In this document: piece after piece, positions 62,493 to 64,000 of the stretch
How the letters are laid out: each line of letters starts with the position of its first letter
How positions within the stretch are numbered: position 1 is the first letter of the stretch
Assembly (NCBI GenBank): GCA_963794325.1
Contig: CAWCDG010000007.1
Span: 256,001-320,000 of the forward strand
Reading direction: 5' to 3'
Origin: an uncultured delta proteobacterium
GTDB taxonomy: Bacteria; Desulfobacterota; Binatia; Binatales; Binataceae
DNA: 64,000 bases
Made by a program: the position numbers and the translations under genes
The notes under the pieces: generated by a model
The model's database searches: none
What the model was told of the DNA's origin: nothing
Seen by the model: the letters and a program-made list of their open reading frames with translations, nothing else

Positions 62493-62611
62493 TTCCGGTC
62501 GCCATGGCGAAGGTGAAACACCCGTTCCCATCCCGAACACGGCAGTTAAGCCCTTCAGCGCCGATGGTACTGTGACCGAAGGCGTCACGGGAGAGTAGGA
62601 CGCGGCCGGGG
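62493..62611 (+). rRNA. rrf: 5S rRNA
   Basis: CACCCGTTCCCATCCCGAACACGG...GCCGATGGTACTG...GGGAGAGTAGG. Confidence 0.97.
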
Positions 62612-62619
62612 AATCTCGG

Positions 62620-62657
62620 AGAGGGCGGAGTCGAAAGACTCCGCCCTCTTCTTATTT
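62620..62657 (+). terminator. rho-independent terminator of the rRNA operon
   Basis: AGAGGGCGGAGTC-GAAA-GACTCCGCCCTCT followed by TCTTATTT. Confidence 0.85.
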
Positions 62658-62719
62658 CGCGCGCTTCGCGCGCGAAAAATTCGCTATTGCGCGATCCGCG
62701 CAATAGTCAGAAGAGGCGC

Positions 62720-63115
62720 TCAGCGGACGATAAGCATGATCTTGAAGACCTTGGCCGGCTTCGAGTCCTTCTCCCACGGACGCAGGTAGCGGATCTCCAG
62801 CGAACCCGTTCCGCTTGCTTCGATACCGAAGTGGAAAATCTGATGTCCCGCTGCACCAGGCATCGCGGCGTCGAGCGCAAACGCCGGCTCACCGACCTGC
62901 TTGACGAACGCGCCAGCGACAGGCTCGGCCTGCCATGTATACCCGGTCCCCGAAGTAGCAGGCAGCGATATCTCGAGCGCATCGCCGCGATCGAGCGTGA
63001 ACACGCGCCCATTGTCGTCCGGAGAGATAAAAACCATGCTCGCACTCGCTGGCCTTGGTAAGGAAAGCGTGAGCGCGACCAGAAGCAACAGCAAATATGA
63101 TCGGCGAATAGTCAT
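62720..63115 (-). CDS. protease inhibitor I42 (chagasin-like) exported protein
   Basis: Signal peptide; LPATSGTGYTW, MPGAAG, YLRPWE. Confidence 0.85.
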   Translation of the reverse strand: MTIRRSYLLLLLVALTLSLPRPASASMVFISPDDNGRVFTLDRGDALEISLPATSGTGYTWQAEPVAGAFVKQVGEPAFALDAAMPGAAGHQIFHFGIEASGTGSLEIRYLRPWEKDSKPAKVFKIMLIVR

Positions 63116-63162
63116 GAGCGCTCGGGCGTCTCGAATTCTGTCACTTGCGAAGCTTCTCGGCT

Positions 63163-64000
63163 ATGACTTTTGCGATGCCGATCAGATCGTACAGCAAAGC
63201 TGCAAAGCCTCGAGCGCGCGAGCTTGGGATTCCTTTTGACGGCGAGCCCGCGCCGCTCAACGCGATCACCGATGTTGCCGGCGTCGAGGTTGGTCACACT
63301 ACAATCATTCGTGGCGACGGCAAGCTGATCGTTGGACGCGGGCCGGTTCGCACCGGCGTCACTGCGATTCTGCCGCGCGGAAAGCGCGACGCGTCCCCGG
63401 TTTTCGCGGGCTGCTTCTCGCTCAACGGCAACGGCGAGATGACCGGCACGGCGTGGATCGGGGAGTCGGGCCTGCTGACGACGCCAATCATGATCACCAA
63501 CACTCATAGCGTTGGCGTCGTGCGCGACGCGGTGATCGCGTGGCAGGTGCGCCATCGCAAGATGGCGCAGCCGTGGTCGCTGCCGGTTGTCGCGGAGACC
63601 TACGATGGGTTGCTCAACGACATCGACGGCTTTCACGTCACCGCCGAGCATGCGTGGGCGGCCCTTGCGAGCGCGCGCGGCGCCGTCGTCGTCGAAGGAT
63701 GTGTCGGCGGTGGCACCGGCATGATTGGCTTCGGATGGAAGGGCGGGATCGGCACCGCGTCGCGCCGGCTCGATCGCAAATCGGGAGACTACACGTTGGG
63801 AGTCCTGGTCCAGCTCAATTGCGGACGACCCAACGAGCTGACAGTGGCCGGCGTTCCGGTCGGCAAATCGCTTCGTCCCGGCCATGATCCTTTCAGCACG
63901 CAGGAACTCGGATCGATCATCATCGTTGCGGCTACCGACGCGCCGCTGATGCCGCATCAGTTGAAAAGAATCGCACGGCGCCTCGCGATGGGCCTGGCGC
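63163..64000 (+). CDS. dmpA: P1/S58 family peptidase (DmpA-like), 3' end outside the window
   Basis: Not in the ORF track (no stop codon). Manual translation gives RARELGIPFDGEPAPLNAITDVAGVEVGH, TGVTAILP, LNGNGEMTG, VGGGTGM..GWKGGIGTASR, GSIIIVAATDAPL. Confidence 0.92.
   Translation, partial: MTFAMPIRSYSKAAKPRARELGIPFDGEPAPLNAITDVAGVEVGHTTIIRGDGKLIVGRGPVRTGVTAILPRGKRDASPVFAGCFSLNGNGEMTGTAWIGESGLLTTPIMITNTHSVGVVRDAVIAWQVRHRKMAQPWSLPVVAETYDGLLNDIDGFHVTAEHAWAALASARGAVVVEGCVGGGTGMIGFGWKGGIGTASRRLDRKSGDYTLGVLVQLNCGRPNELTVAGVPVGKSLRPGHDPFSTQELGSIIIVAATDAPLMPHQLKRIARRLAMGLA

Noticed and set aside
62901-63957. Frameshift at the dmpA start, and the 281-aa minus-strand ORF
   Set aside because: An in-frame ATG at 63163 opens dmpA without a frameshift; the minus-strand ORF is its antisense shadow.
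62720-64000. Chagasin-like inhibitor and adjacent peptidase as an inhibitor-enzyme pair
   Set aside because: I42 inhibitors target papain-like cysteine proteases, whereas DmpA is an Ntn-type serine peptidase, so adjacency is not evidence of pairing.

Overview
This is a GC-rich bacterial chromosome segment. The divergent 16S, the DUF1329 paralogue, the REP-type mosaics and the sigma54-rich regulation suggest Candidatus Binatia/Binataceae (Desulfobacterota_B); this is inference and has not been checked against a database. From left to right it holds: a Phd/VapC toxin-antitoxin pair; a REP mosaic; a lower-GC four-gene cassette bracketed by ~85-bp inverted repeats (Dam-family methyltransferase, PD-(D/E)XK nuclease, a wHTH + PII/SAM-lyase-like unknown and a basic 122-aa unknown), which is the best candidate for an undescribed defence system; a parS site; and a sigma54-driven tailoring/export operon whose type III PKS seems reduced to a stub fused to a methyltransferase. 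Next come two NtrC-type two-component systems with five GG-N10-GC sigma54 promoters, dormancy-type stress genes (USPs, CBS, DksA/TraR, Hsp20, LonC-like, PncB), lipid/aromatic catabolic enzymes, three tandem GT-C-like membrane proteins behind a DAHP synthase, a complete rRNA operon (16S-tRNA-Ile-tRNA-Ala-23S-5S) and a DmpA peptidase that runs off the end. Five genes each carry a single +1 insertion, most likely assembly errors. No CRISPR array, integrase or transposase was seen.
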